64,000 nt of DNA from Thalia democratica (taxonomy: Eukaryota), in contig OZ241827.1 of NCBI GenBank assembly GCA_965202585.1, positions 72,292,001-72,356,000 on the forward strand, written 5' to 3'. Positions 14,571-28,825 of the stretch are shown in pieces. Every line of letters begins with the position of its first letter. The stretch's first letter is position 1. Below the pieces are notes generated by a model that was not told the origin of the DNA, searched no databases, and saw only the letters and a program-made list of their open reading frames with translations. Both the position numbers and the translations under genes were made by a program.

Positions 14571-17500
14571 TTAAATTGACAAAAGAATTTATGTATAAAA
14601 AAGCTGTTAATATTTATCAAACATGTTCATTAAGTTAAAAATGTTTGATCTTTTTCAACTTTATGTCATGACGTATTAACGAGGTCAGCCTTTTACGGTT
14701 AATTGATTCGAAATGCAGAGATTGTGTATAGACTGGAGTTTAAAATATACTTATTTTACTAAACTTTATTTTTTTCTAGTAGGCTTTTTTCTTTCAGTTT
14801 TCAAATAACTTAAAACTTTACAAAGCCTCGGTCAGTGAGAGAAAATTTGAAAAGTTATTGTGTTATGGTTTGTTCTAAAACTGAAATTAATAATCGAATT
14901 TAGCATTTAATTAATGTTTAATGAACTTAAAATGCAATACTAAAGATAGGCAGTAAAGTAATATTAGGTAGATTGTAAAGTGTTAGTTAACAAAATAACT
15001 TCTATAGGTGTTTAAAAAACACAAATACTTGTGATATTAAACAATTAACAAACTTAACTCTATCTTTACTCAAGAAGACTTTTTTTTGTAAAACTTCAAG
15101 TGAAACGTTAAGTATACTCTAGTACTTTCAAAAACAAAAAAATAATTTATTGTCAACTGTATGTTTGTTTTTCATAATTAAGCTTAGTTTCTTTTAGATT
15201 AAGAATAGTAGTTGCAAATAGTTCTGGAACAAAATTGTAGTCAAGTAAAAGTAAAAATGATAGATGAGTATAAACTTTCTTACATACATTTATCTCCATA
15301 GCACTTTGTTCATAAATTTATCACTTTAGTTAAGTATGTTCCAAACGGTTGAGCTGCACCGTATCTTTGGACATATAACTTACTTTAAGTGTATTATTTT
15401 ATTAAAAAATGTTTTATCCTTTAAAAGCTTTGTAATGATGAAACTTTTAATAAGTTGAAAAAAAAAACGACGGTTTACTAAGATAAAATTTAGAACTTTT
15501 ATTTTTAAAACTTTACTGGTTATGCAGCCTTTTACTTAAGATATTAAAACGAAATTAAGTTGTTGTTTTAACAGTTGCCACTTATAAGTTAATATAATAT
15601 CAGTTTAAAACTCGTTTATAGTAGAAACTAAACGCTGTATTTGAGTTTAATAACTTAATATTTATTGGTAAAGATTGCTTTTTTCACTTAATTTGAACTC
15701 GATTTACATAAAATTGCTATTTAAAAGCTGTGAAAATTGTTTATTCTCAATGTTATATACTACTTACTTCGTTGAAAGTTTTATTAGGTTTTATTAAAAT
15801 AGTTGTTAGCACTGACTAGTTCAAGTTAAACAAGTTAAGTTTTATAAATTAATAGTTTTTACCAATATGTAGGTGTAATTTGCAAATAAAACAAACTCTT
15901 TAATAATAAAGTTAAATACAAGATGTTAAAAATGAGTCTTTATTGATAATTATCTTTTTTTTAGTGAAACTAAACTTGAAGAATTTTGTTTAAAAAAGAA
16001 ATTGAAGTTATTAAAAGAAATTAAATATAAAAAAGTCTTATTTTTAAAACAAATAAGATTTTCTAAAACCTAATGTAAAAAGCATGAAGTATAAAAAATT
16101 ATTAGTAAGTAACATTTTTTACCCTTAGTATTAGTTGAAAAGCTTGGTTTACATAAGCTTTATATGACGTAATGTAAAAATCGTATTTTTCAAAAAAAAA
16201 AGTAGTTGTTTATTAACAACTTTTTGAAAAGATCATACGATATAGCAGCTGTCTTAATAAGTTGGTTTAAATAGTAGTAACTTGTGTAAGTTTGTAATTT
16301 TAACAAGAAAGCTTTTTATTGATTTTCTAAACAGCATAACAACTTTATAAATAGCCTAAAACAAGTTAAAAAAAAGGTAAAATAAATAAGTTTTGTTTCT
16401 ATTGAAAAGTGTAACAGCTTTAAAACCAGATAGTAAAAAACAAAACCATAAATACAACTAAAAATATATATTTTTGTTCAAAAAACTAATTGGTAGTAGA
16501 ATGTTTTCCTACACAGTATTTTAGCATCCGAAGATACAGTATTTATCACAAGCTAGTCTGAATAATAGTGTCAGTTTATAAAAGTTAACACCTTTTTTCA
16601 AAGTTTGGCACTCGAACTGTTAAGACAGAAATAGAGTAGTAGTTTTTAAAATTACATGTTTTTTTTAAATAAACTTGAACTTTTACTCGGTAATTTTAAA
16701 CCGGCTTTTATACAACAAAAAAGGCATACCAAAACTTCGTTAGAAATTTTTTTATGATAATCGAGCATATTGTAGAACCCATCCTAAAAATATTATATTT
16801 CGGAAATTAATTTAACATTTTATCCTTTTAGCATTGAAATAGAAAAGTAAACTTAAAAAAAAAAAATTTTAAGAAAATTTGAATTCTTACTCAGCACTAT
16901 TTTACAATAGAACGAGAAAAGTTTAAAACTTCGTTACTTATCATATTTTGACAGCCGATCAAACATTAATGTTCTCTGAATGTTTACTAAGACGGCATAA
17001 CTCCATTGAAAAACGTGAGACCGAAATTGTTTCTCCCACAAAATATTATTTTTAATTTGTTTAATCTGCGAGGCCACGTCTTGTTTGAACGTCCTCGCGA
17101 ACGTGATTTTCGTGATTTCTTCAAATTTCCACCGGCTAAAATGTGAACTGTGCAAGAGAAAAAGTTCTGTGTTTGACTTTGTAGTAGATGATAAGAGAAG
17201 CAGTCAATTTCTCTTTACTTGGGTTTAATGTCATGATTTAAGTGCTTCATAAAAAAGGGCTGAAGTTTAAAGCAATAAGTTTTAGAAGACTTATTGTTGT
17301 TTGTTTATGAGTGAATAGTGGCTTTTTAAGATTAAGTTGTAGTAGAGTTTTTATTGTGAAACATCACTAATTTTATTAAGTAGGAAACTAAAATTAAAAC
17401 ATAACAAATTCATAAATTAAAAGTTTACAAAAAAACTTGAAATTTTTTTGAAAGTCTTATCATACAAAGTCATTTATCTTCGTGTATTTAATCTAAAGAA

Positions 17501-20500
17501 AAAATAAAAACATCGTTTTCAATTTATTAACCTAAAAAAATCAAACCTAAACTATAAAGTACGTTTACGACAACAATAACAATATTTTTTACATTATGAC
17601 GAGAAAAATAAACCAAAACCGCTATAAATTAGTTCGTTAATGAATACTACTTGAATAAAAACAGTATTGAAATAACATCCTCATAATTAATAACTTAAGT
17701 CGATAATCGATAAGTTTGAAAAATAGAATGTAATAAAGACTATTTGAATTCATTAGTTGACAAAATAACATTGTGTAGTATAATAATTGCAAAGTTAATG
17801 TGGAGATACAAAAGCATTAAATTCTATAACATTCAGCGATAACAACATTTGATAACTTAATTAGATTAGGACTATTTTATTTCATTAGTTCACAAAGTTT
17901 ACATTTTATAGTCTTTGTAAAACTTAACCAGTGCGTTTAAAACATTGTGCGATGAAAACTATCTTAATACCACTAATTGGAAAGCAGCATTTTGAATATA
18001 AAACTGCTTTGAAACACGAGCTGAATAACAAACAACTTGAGCAAATCAAAACTAAATTAAACCAAAAACAGTATGGCAAAAGCACGCCAACTTGAAAGCT
18101 TTTAGCAAAAAACTTCATGTTTCTAGAAAAATTTGAAAAAACTGCCTCGCAATTACAATGACGTCACCATTTATATGCTAATTTTCGCCATCTCACTAAA
18201 AGCTTAATTCCGGAAGCAGGCTAGATATTAATTTGTTCACTCATAATGTAGAACACTCCTTGCTTGCTTTGAAGTTAGCGTTACTGGAACAAATATCTTT
18301 TTAAACAAATATCGTAATGAAGTATTAGCGGTTTCGTATTTCGTAGTTTTTTTGAATTTAAAAAACTTTTAATTTTATCGAAGCTTGTCAGGGGGAATTA
18401 AACTGTTTTTTGCCTATAATTATTAAACGTTAAACTTAGAAGTATTAGTGGTTTCGTGTTTTGAATTTACGCTGTTTTTTGAATTTGGTTGTAAGTTTGT
18501 TGAAGAGACGTTGAACTGTTCTTCGCATTATAGTTTTTATCTTTGTTATTAAGTAATATCTGCTATGACTAATAGTTTCACCACATTTAATAAACAGTGA
18601 GCTTATTACCTCAGATTCCTTTTGGAGTTTTGTTAATGATTTTAAAAAGTAATAACGAAAAGAGTTCTAAAAATCACGTAGTAATTGAAAATAAGTTAAA
18701 GATCAAACAAAAAACATAAACTTTTATTTATCTACTTTTTATTGAAATCTTTATGCCTTTATAACTTTTGTCTACATGATTTTAACTATCAAACTTAGGA
18801 AGTACTAATCAATAAGCACAATAAAGTTTTACTCTTGTTTTAGGTAAAGATTTTAAAAAGAGAAACTAGTAAATTAAACACGTAATATTTTAAGTTTCCA
18901 GGTAAGTAAAATAATAAGTTTTGCTTTAATTAAAAATCACAAAAACCAAAACAAAGTCTAGTACTCAAGAATTTTCTTTGTTATTTTACAAAGTAGGATA
19001 GTAGTGAAAAACTATCTAAAATAATAATTGAAAGCAATGTTTTAAAAAAAAGTAAAGGTTGTTTAAAGCATTATATCGAATTTCTTTTATATTCTAGTTA
19101 TTAATTTTCGTAGTTTATTACTCAATCGTCTTTAACGAGAAAAACCAATTTTTATAGATCACAGTAAAAGTCATACACGCTTTTGACCATAAAATACAAA
19201 AGCGTATTGAAAAACAGCAAATAAAACAAAAAGATTTGCATTTTGATAAAACAATGAAGCTTTCTGCGAAATCGCGCCTGGCCAACCTGCCATCAACCAG
19301 CCCATTTTGTTGACGTTCACTATTGCGTCACACTGCAAATCTATTGTTTGCATGAAGGGCTCAGGGGCGTTCTGAAGGGTTCTTAAACTTGGTGAGTAGC
19401 GGCGTTGTGTGATGCGAAATTTCACCACCACAAAACTTTCCAACTCGCGCCCAAAGGTCGCTGGGGTTTGGTGTGAAAAGTGTTTTATATATTTTTGTTT
19501 GTTGTCAACAGATACAGTGAGTTTCATTTATGTTAAAGGTGTATGTTTTTTTTTAAAGAGTTTTGCTAAATATTTCTATTGTCAATTAGTGATTTCCTTT
19601 GACTTTATAGAATTTATTAGTTGTTTTCCTATTTATTGTATACTTTTAGTCTTTTTGTACTGCCAGTTTTTACGCTTGTATACAAATTCGGTAATTTTTT
19701 TTCACCTACAAAGTGTTTGTAGAAGTTGTTTTTAATTTGCATTTTTTGTTATATGTGTCATTTTAAAAACTGTTACTTTATTTGTATTAAAATTCTTATA
19801 GCTTATTTTATTTTGCAGATTTTTCAGTCAACAGTTTAAACAGCATTTATAAAAACAAAACTAGGTTTTTATTTAGCAAAACCAAAAACTTTAAACAAAC
19901 TGGCTTTGATATTTTTAAGTAAAACTAATGTACTAAAAATAACACTTGTAAGCAAAGTTTTGAATTTCGTTTATAAAAAGAAAGATTTTTAGTAGTCAAA
20001 TATGACCATAAAGCAGCCTTATACTAAAATACTTGTTTTTTGATGTTTTATTTCATACTCTAACTGAATTACTAATAGATTGAAATTTTTATTGCAACTT
20101 GGAATAAAAATGCTTTAAACAAGTGAGAAAACTTTATTGATCAAGGTTGTTGAATAATGTTAATATTTTTTTTTTGCTGTTTAATTAATATTCCTTTGAA
20201 CATTTACTAAGCTGCGGAAAAGTAATTGTTAATCACCATTAGCGAATGGTTATATTTTTGATTATGATAATTTTAGTAAGATTTTTATTATTTTTTTATC
20301 TTTTTTTAAATTCAAATTTTTTCAAACATTTTTAGTAAAAAAGTTTGAATATAAGTTTATTTGCAAATGTAATGGTTTGACTGTGGTTTTTAAATAACCA
20401 ACAAACAGCTTTATAACCAGTTTTTCCTAAGCTTCTTCAGACTGTTCTCATTATTTTTTAATAAATTGGAATTAAAATACACTAGTAAAATGAAAAAGTA

Positions 20501-22769
20501 ACAACTGACAAAAAAATAAGTCAAGTCTTAAGTTTTGATCTACTTAATTTTTTTGTTTTCTAATAATCGTCTTTGCATATTAAAAAAAAACTTATTTTTC
20601 ATGAATTACTTATGTCTTTGTTGTATTTCATTAGAGCTTTAAATAATAATTAAGACTTTAATGTTTATATTCAATTTTTTTTTACTTTGCATAGTCATAA
20701 GTATTAGTTCATAAACATTTTTCATCAATTCAAACTATTTGTTTATGAAAGCTTTTCCAATAGTATCAATGTTTTACAATATAGACTATCAGTTGATTTT
20801 TATATAGATATAATAAGCACATTAACGTTAACTTGGTTTGCTCTTTTTTTTGAGGTTTTTGATATAAATAAAATATTTTCTTAATTTCGTTTTCAAAGTT
20901 GTGAAACTGTTGTTTTTGAAATAGCTTGCGTAAGAAAGAAAGTGTATGAAAAGCATAAAACGTAAAACTCAGTGTTAGTTGTGTGCTTGTATTTAACTTA
21001 TAAGTTATAAGCTTGTTTGTTTTTATCTTAAAGTTATTCTTTATGCCCAAATTTGTCAAAAGTTACAGTGTTTTTCTTACAAGTTTTTTTCTTTAACTAA
21101 GGTTTTAACACTTAAACTAATATTCTTAGCTTTTTAAGTAACGAGTTTTGTAACTATAAAATGTTAGTTGTAGGTTTAATTTTGGTTGAAAAAACTTTTG
21201 AGCTTTAACAATTTTTATGATGTTATATTATTGAAAAAACTGAAAAGCTTTCTGCCAAAAGTATTACTCTTATTACAACTCTTTTTTTTAGCAAAATAAT
21301 TTTGTTTAAAATAAGTTTTATGTATTCATAATATTCGAATGTAAACAACACGTTTGTGTGTAAAAATGTTATAACTGTTTTTTTAAATTTTGTTTATACG
21401 CTCATGCTTTAAAAAGCAACACTAATCAATGTGCAGAAACTCAGAGTACCTTCACTGTTATACAAGCTTTCAAATCATTAAAAAAATGTAAATTAAGCAA
21501 AGTAATTATGCACGAGGTAGTAGCAAAACAATAAACTCTTTGAACTTTTCATTCGCGTGTCAGTGCAACATCGGGTACGGAATACTTTGGAATTAGCCGA
21601 AATACTATAATTTGTCGTATTTTCTTCCCGTGTCGTCTATTTATGGCCGGGTCTTATGCCAGACTTAATGGTGTAAGTAAAAGGATTTGTACATCGGCCC
21701 GAGCCCACTTTATTTTTAGACGAATGTTAAATGAAGTAAAACAATTAATGCCGGGGTTTATAAACGCAAGGAAGTATTTTTGTGACTTACATAAAAAACA
21801 AAAGATTACTTCACAAAAAAGTTTTTGCTTTCAAGATAACTTTTTAAAACTTTAGAAGTTTTTAAATTTAAAGCAAACATTTTAAGGACCCAATTCTTTG
21901 TAACAAATTTTTGCATGCTTTTGTCTATTAATGTAATAAAATTTTGTTTCAAATCGTTTAAGACGGTTATAGTACATTTTCTTTGTTGCGTAAGGAGCTT
22001 TAATTAAGTATTGTGTTTTTAATTATATCAAACAAAAATGCTTTTAGATTTTAATTGTTGTAAGTGGTTGACTTGCTTTTTTATAAGCTTGTTATGTAAG
22101 ACTTTTATTTGATTTTTTATAAAGCATGTTAAGTTCAAAATGTGTTAGGAACATAAAAGTTTTTTTGAAGTCTAAAATTTAAAGAAGTTAGTAAGCTATT
22201 ATGCTGAACTTTTAGTTTCAAGCAATAAAAAGCTGGTAAGACACATAAAAGTCATTAATAACATAAAAAAAATTTAAAAAGTCATAAGTTTTGAAGACGA
22301 CTTAGTTTTAATTCATTTATAAAAATTAATTTAAACTGTAACCATAAAAACTTAAATAGTTGATTTTTTTTTGTTTTAAACCTTTTTAAAGATAAATTGA
22401 ATGCAATTTAGTTATTAAAAAAAAACTTAAAATGATTACAATGACAGACTTTTTAAATAATATAAAAACAAACTTTAAACTATTGTTAAACTTAGTTTTT
22501 GTATTGAAATTTAAACATATTGATTTTTTTAAAGTTACCATTATGTAAAAAAATACCTTGTGTCGCGATTTAAGCGTTTATAAGTTTTTAGATGTAACAA
22601 AAAATGTTTTGTACGCACATGGTTATTATTTCTTTAAAACAACAAAAACTTTAGTTTCAATTTAGTAATATAAAGTAAGTGGATGACTAAGCGAGCTGTT
22701 AGTAGAGTTTTACATGAAAAGTTTACAACTTTTCCCTCGATCATCGAACTCTGCTCGACCCTCGCAAAA

Positions 22770-23040
22770 CGAGTATGACGTCACATAAGTCGTCACTTTC
22801 CGTCGTCGCTTCGTCGTTGTGACGTCACAACGGAGGCGGTTAGACGACAGAGCTTTGAGCTTCAGAATCAAAAAGTTGAAAGACGAACTGAAAAATCAAG
22901 CAAAATTAAATTAATCAAAAAATTGCTCTGCGGCGCCACCAGTCGGCAAACTTTTCGACTTTTTTCTTTTCATTTTCCACTTTTCTTTTTTCCTCGCGCC
23001 AGCTATTATACTTTTCCTCGAGTTTTGCTAAATGTTATTT
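22770..23040 (+). promoter_or_regulatory. Probable FGF promoter and non-coding first exon
   Basis: CpG-rich island with two TGACGTCA (22776, 22820), followed by a consensus GTGAGT donor at 23041. It could splice to the acceptor at 23892. Confidence 0.5.
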
Positions 23041-23499
23041 GTGAGTTGCTTTCCAGCGAGTCAGTCCACAAACAAGAGAGCACTTGACAGTGATTTTGAA
23101 TAATCTTTTTTTCTTCATTTGTTCAACAAGTTGTTGTATGTGTTTCTATGTAAAGCTGAGTGTGTGACAGATACAAAGATGTGCTTTTCGTTGTAAAAGT
23201 AACAAGTGTAGATTGAAGTAGTTAAATTCACAAGGATGTACATTACAATAACAGCTGTCAAAAAGTTAAAAAAAACATGTTATATAGCATTCATCACAAT
23301 AGGAACATTACAAAGCTTTGTGAGCATTTATTGATAAAAAAACTAAGTTGCAAATCGATTGTTCGATAAGAGCATTGAATAAACCGACACTTCACTAATC
23401 AACAAATCTCGATAAAAAGAAAAGCTCAAGCACCCGATTATAAGAGAAAGAAAGCTTTTTTTTGAGCAACGAGCAGTCAATTAAGATGTTTCGTGATTA

Positions 23500-23700
23500 G
23501 CTGAAGAGCTACCAATAAACTAGAAGGCGGTTGCCGCCCTGTTGCACGGAGATCTGACATATTTGCTACAAACGTGCAGAGGGCTGCGCGCTCTGATCGC
23601 TTCACTGAGAAATCAGAGAAGTTAACGAAATTCCGATTTAGATTATGTGTTTGAATTTTTGGCTGGCTCGCAGCAGTTGTTGAGGTGTCTTGTAGAAGTT
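23500..23700 (+). promoter_or_regulatory. Possible alternative 5'UTR exon of FGF
   Basis: GC-richer island ending in a GTAAGG donor at 23701, upstream of the 23892 acceptor. Confidence 0.3.
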
Positions 23701-24115
23701 GTAAGGTTTTTTCTTTTCGCCGAAGTTAAGAACTTGAAAGAATAGTGTGTGCGTGGAACTAAAAATTTGTAAATAGTGATTTAGTATTAATATTTTTTAC
23801 GTAAATCATAGAACTAATTGTTTTAGAAATGTTTTATTAAACTATTTTTTAACACTAAATCATATATTCTTCAAACTAACTTGTTTTTTCAGACGCAGGA
23901 ATTTACACCGTTGTCTCTTACTAGACGCCGGTTTATAGTTGCTAAGACAAATTTTAATTTCTTGCACCAAAATTTTATTTGACAAAAAGATTCTGCTGCA
24001 CCTCTCTCCATCCTCAAGTAAAAGAAAAAAGGAGAGTTTTCACTGCAGAAGCGTCTCACACACATAAAACAGACTTTTACCAAAGTTCAAGTTCAACTCA
24101 CTTGACAACAGTAAA

Positions 24116-24911
24116 ATGCTGGGCAAAGAGCTCCCAAGGGTGCCTAGCAACAGCGAAGACTCGAGCTACTTCCATGAAAACGAATGTTGCACGTCCGAAA
24201 TTCGACGTCGCCACAACAACAACAAAAACCCCCACAGCAGTTGCAATCACCAACCACATGCCACGTGCCGACCCCAAGTTGCCAGGCAACGATGCAAAAA
24301 GTCCCGCTGGCCCCTCAGCTCCCTATTCCTCACCGTCCTCTTCGTTCTCCTTTTCCTACAGGCGGCCGTCTGCCAGAGGTCGAGGAGGCCGACCCAGCGC
24401 CCGGGGCCCCACCGACGCGTCGGCCTCCAGAGAAAAACGAGCTTCCGGCCCACCCCACCCAAGAGAATTTTCAACCTGAAAGAGCTTGCCGCAAAAAACC
24501 CTTCCATCTCCGACTCGTTGCGCGTGTTCCGGACCGCCTGCAAGATGGGGCTGGACGCGGAGGACCCGCAGAGCCTCAGGTGCCTCATCGATTTGCTGAG
24601 GGAGGCGCAGTCGGTGCTGGTGGAGGGCAAGAAGTCCCGCAAAAGCGGCAAGATACTCAAGTGGTTCAGGGGCAGGGGCGGAAAGTACGACGACCTCTTC
24701 CGGCTGCTGGACCCCGGAACGTTGCCGAAGAAGTCGCGCGCGCAGGCGAGGAAGGCGACGGCGAGGCCGAAAAGCCCCCAAATGAAGAAGAGGCAGGTGG
24801 CGAACGTGGAACTGCACCACATCTCGTCCTCGTTTCCCAGGGTGAAGATGAGGAGGTACTTCGCAGTGAGCAAGAACAGGCTGGAGGGAGTGAGGAGGCC
24901 CAACAAGTACT
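24116..24911 (+). CDS. FGF: Fibroblast growth factor family protein, first coding exon (N-terminal extension, signal/anchor helix, basic pro-region, FGF strands b1-b3)
   Basis: First ATG after the TTTTTTCAG acceptor at 23892. Hydrophobic WPLSSLFLTVLFVLLFLQAAVC at aa ~65-86. The exon ends RRYFAVSKNRLEGVRRPNKY-T|GTGAGT, a phase-1 donor at the canonical FGF Y/S position. Codons are GC3-rich. Subfamily not assignable. Confidence 0.9.
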
Positions 24912-27900
24912 GTGAGTTGTAATTTGTGATACTAGTTTGAGTTATTTTAAATTAATTCAATAAGCTACTCTGATTAAATGCTGTGAATTTTGTTGGTTTT
25001 TTTTAGTTTCAATGCTAGTTTTAGTACAATATTATATACAATTTTTGCAATTTTTAAGAACTTTTCAAGCAGTTTATGGAGTGAAATCTATTTATACTGC
25101 ATTGTTTTTCGGCTATAAAGTAGAACAACGTTTCAAATTGCTGTAAAGATTAAAAAAAGGAGATTGTAAAAAAGTCACGTTTACTATTTTGAACGCCAAA
25201 TAAACTTGCGTAAAAGTTGCAGATTTAGCTTCTTATATTTGATTAATTTCACACGATAATCTCAAATAAGTGCGTAAATCAGTCGGTTTAATTTCAATCA
25301 ACACGGCAATTGATACGAGCGCTATATGACGTCAAAGTGAAGCAAATTTGCAACTCCGGTTGAAAAAAGTTAGCAAAGAAGTGTTTCTGTTACAAAATAA
25401 GTAGAGTTTTTCTTTTGTTTTTGGTAAAGTTAGAAAAAATGGGAAAACAGTTATTTTATTTTGACGCATTTGAACGCACAGCTCAAATGCGTCAAACTGA
25501 ATTTAATTCTTATTTTAACTTCTTAAAATTACGCAAAAAACCAGTTTTGAGAAAATACTATTCCTACGTTATTTATACTTATTTATTGGTTTAAAAAAGG
25601 AATTAAAATAAATGTATAGCGTTCTGTAAACATGACTTAAAAGTTTAGTGATAACTTGAAAATTTCCTTTTTTTAAATTAAAAAAAAAAAATCACGTGTT
25701 GATGACTTTGGTGTTTTTCGCTAACACCACCTTTAATCCTTGAATAAAAGTTTTTTTCATTCTTCTACTCGAAATAATCCCCTTGTGACCCCACCGTGAC
25801 CCAGCGTTTTTAATCCACATCTTTTGTCGGTGTCTTTTTTTTGTTAATTTTTTTTGGGTTGGAAAATCAAAGGTTCGCTGATTGACGCAGGTTAGTCACG
25901 CGCGTCAGATTAAAAAAAACTTTTTACAAAAAAAAAACGGTGAGTTTGCGGGTGAAAAAAAACCGAAATATTCAAACAGCACAGATTAAAAAGGTTGACT
26001 TTCTAAAAATCCAACAGTTTACGAAACAAAAAACCGAACAGTATTTTAAAATGCTGACAGGCACTTTTTTGATCTTTCGCTTTTGAACTCGTTAAAATTT
26101 TTTCCGTGTTGTTTTTTTTTTTTACAAGTGTCAGCTTTTTATTACCGAGAGTCGAGGGCTTACGCGAGAGCGTGCTTGTGCTCCAATCGCTTCCTACCAG
26201 TAATCGCTAAATTAAAACGAACTGCAAGCGGGCCATTGTTACAGCCGTAGTTAAATTGTTGTTAGCGAAAGTTTTGACGCCGCTGTGCTCGCCTTTTTCC
26301 GCTGCTAACAGCCGCTTTTAAGTTGTAGTGGCAAACTTTTAGTTATTTTATAAAATCGTTTGCAAAGAAATATGCTTGCCTTTCGAAGCGTTTTAAAACC
26401 GTTTATGATATTTACTAGGTTCAAAAATTTACGCTATTTCATTCATAAACTTTCAAAAAAAAAAATGTTTTTTTTTAATTTTATGTGTTTGTGTTTTTTT
26501 GCTGTCTCAAAATTCCTTTAGCCTTTTTAGCAGATAAACTGCTTTTTTATAAATTGATCTGTAAAATCATCTCCTAAAACAGGTTTGAGACTCACGTTAT
26601 ATTGAGTTTTTTAATCTTTAGCAAAACACTGTGCGAAATCACAATACGTGATGGGCTTTGTGTTTCAATTTTACAAGATGAATTTCTGCGTTTTTAGGTT
26701 AATGCAGCATTATTAGTGTTTAGATTTCTTTAGACTTCAGCAGCTTGTCATGTGTCTATTGCCTTCCAAAAAAACTTCTTCTCGCTTGCCCGACAACCTA
26801 CCACTTTCCCACGCGTTTCAACCCCGCATTTTTTTTCACCCCCACCTCAATCACCGTCATCAGCAGGGGTGCACAGCGTTGCGTGCGATGCCGATCGCTT
26901 TGTGACGTCACAAGAACGAACTTTCTATTGTTTTCGACCGCGAAAAACTTGTTTGCCGAAAGTTCGAGCCATGCCGACGTTTAGTCAACACAATTAACTC
27001 GACGCGCGTTCCAACGAACCGCCGCTGCTCCGGTTCCCCCCTGAGCGTCCCGCTCGCTCGCCACCTCCTTCTGCCTCGGCTCGCTTCGACCCCTGCTGCC
27101 TGTCGAGCCACACAGCGCGCGCACGGCAAGAGGCTTTCCTGCGTGTTAATTTTCCGCTCGGTCGACCCAGGCAGCTCCTATTAAGACAAAGAAGTAAATG
27201 AGCTTTTTCTTGTGAACGCGAAAAGGGAAGAAAATTAAAGGGAGCGGGGTTGTGCTAGCAGGAGAGCAAACTGTTGAGGGTTTCGAAATGTTGAGGCATT
27301 GCACAACAACGTTTTGCAATACTTTCAACCGAGCTTGTATTCTAATGTTTTTTCTGTCTTGTTTTTCTCAAGGCCTTGCGACTAAGGTAAAAGTTAATGG
27401 CTTTTTATTCAGCCTTGAATAAAAATTTTATCAGAAATTCGCGTTTGCAACATGGTTTCAGAACTGTCTTCATCAAAAAATTAAATGCACTTGCGCTCTG
27501 TCATATAAATTTTGTTTATCTGTAGCTGTTAGGAACTAAACTAGCAAGCTTATTTCTTATTTCTAAAATAAATTAGTACATGGACTTACTTTTGAGGTTT
27601 TGATAATTACAACTATTTATTGAAGTTTAAATGGTTTACTAATCTGAAGTTTCAATTTAAAGTAAATTGTACAGTTGCATATATTAAAGTGTAAAGCGTT
27701 TGTTTTTGATTTTACTATGTTATTCAAAAGTAGTAAATGAAGATTAATACAACAGTACCAAATAGATTTTATATTAGTTTTCTTTGTTTTGTCTAACTAG
27801 TTTAAAACTTTCTAAATGTTTATACAAAACATTGAAAAATACTTAACTAACGTTTTGGTATTGGTATAGCTTAGTTACAGAAAACGTTTTCCATAAAAAG

Positions 27901-28825
27901 CTTTTTTGTTAATTCGATTATTATTATAAAATTGAAATAAGAAGTTTTTGTGTAGACTTATAGAATTTAAAAAATTAAAATATTTAATGATAATTATAAC
28001 TATTACAACTTATAACAAATTTTAAGAAAGTAGTACAGTGTAAACTTTTCTTTAGTTGTTTAACACTTAATCAAACTATAATAACAATTTAGGCTGTAAA
28101 AATAAGAACAAGATTAGCTTTAAAGAATTTTTTTTAATTTTGTAAAAAACTTTAACACTTTAAAACCCAAGTAAAACTATAAAGAAAAAAATATTGACAT
28201 TATAGAAACAAGTGTTAATTACTTACCGTATGTGATTCTCACCTAATAATTTAAACACAGTTCAAATTAAGTTTTTTGTGCTTTTTCAATAGTAATGTGA
28301 TGAGTTATAAACTTAGTTTACCTATTTTTTTTACAACTTGACATTTCAACTTAAGATTACCCAAGTATAAAATTGTTTATCATAGGTGTTTGTATACGAA
28401 CTTAAAAGCAGCAGTTAAAAAGATTTTATATTGAACTGTTAGTTAACCATTAATTCCACAATTAAAAAAATTACTATTGGGTTTATACTTACAACATTTC
28501 TACTTTCAAATGATAAAAAGCTTTTTGTAATTCTACTATTATAAAAGAAATAAACATAGTTAAAAATCACTTTAATTTTGGTATTATTTCGAGTACTACT
28601 ACAGCCATGAGTTAGAAAAATATTTGTCTAAATTTAATGTACTTTATACATTTTTTAATTAATTTAATACACATTTACTTATTAATTCGTTTTTAGATGT
28701 TACAAAAATTAAGGTTTTTTTATTTTATCAATCCCAGTTTTATATATTGACATCATACATGTAAACAAATTTATACAACAATGTATCGCAGCTAGCTTAC
28801 AATCAAACTTCATAACGCGGCAGTA

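Noticed and set aside
23979-24915. Overlapping long ORFs (166, 243, 219 and 154 aa) in other frames and on the other strand of FGF exon 1
   Set aside because: Expected shadow frames of a GC3-rich exon; low-complexity products with no recognisable domain.
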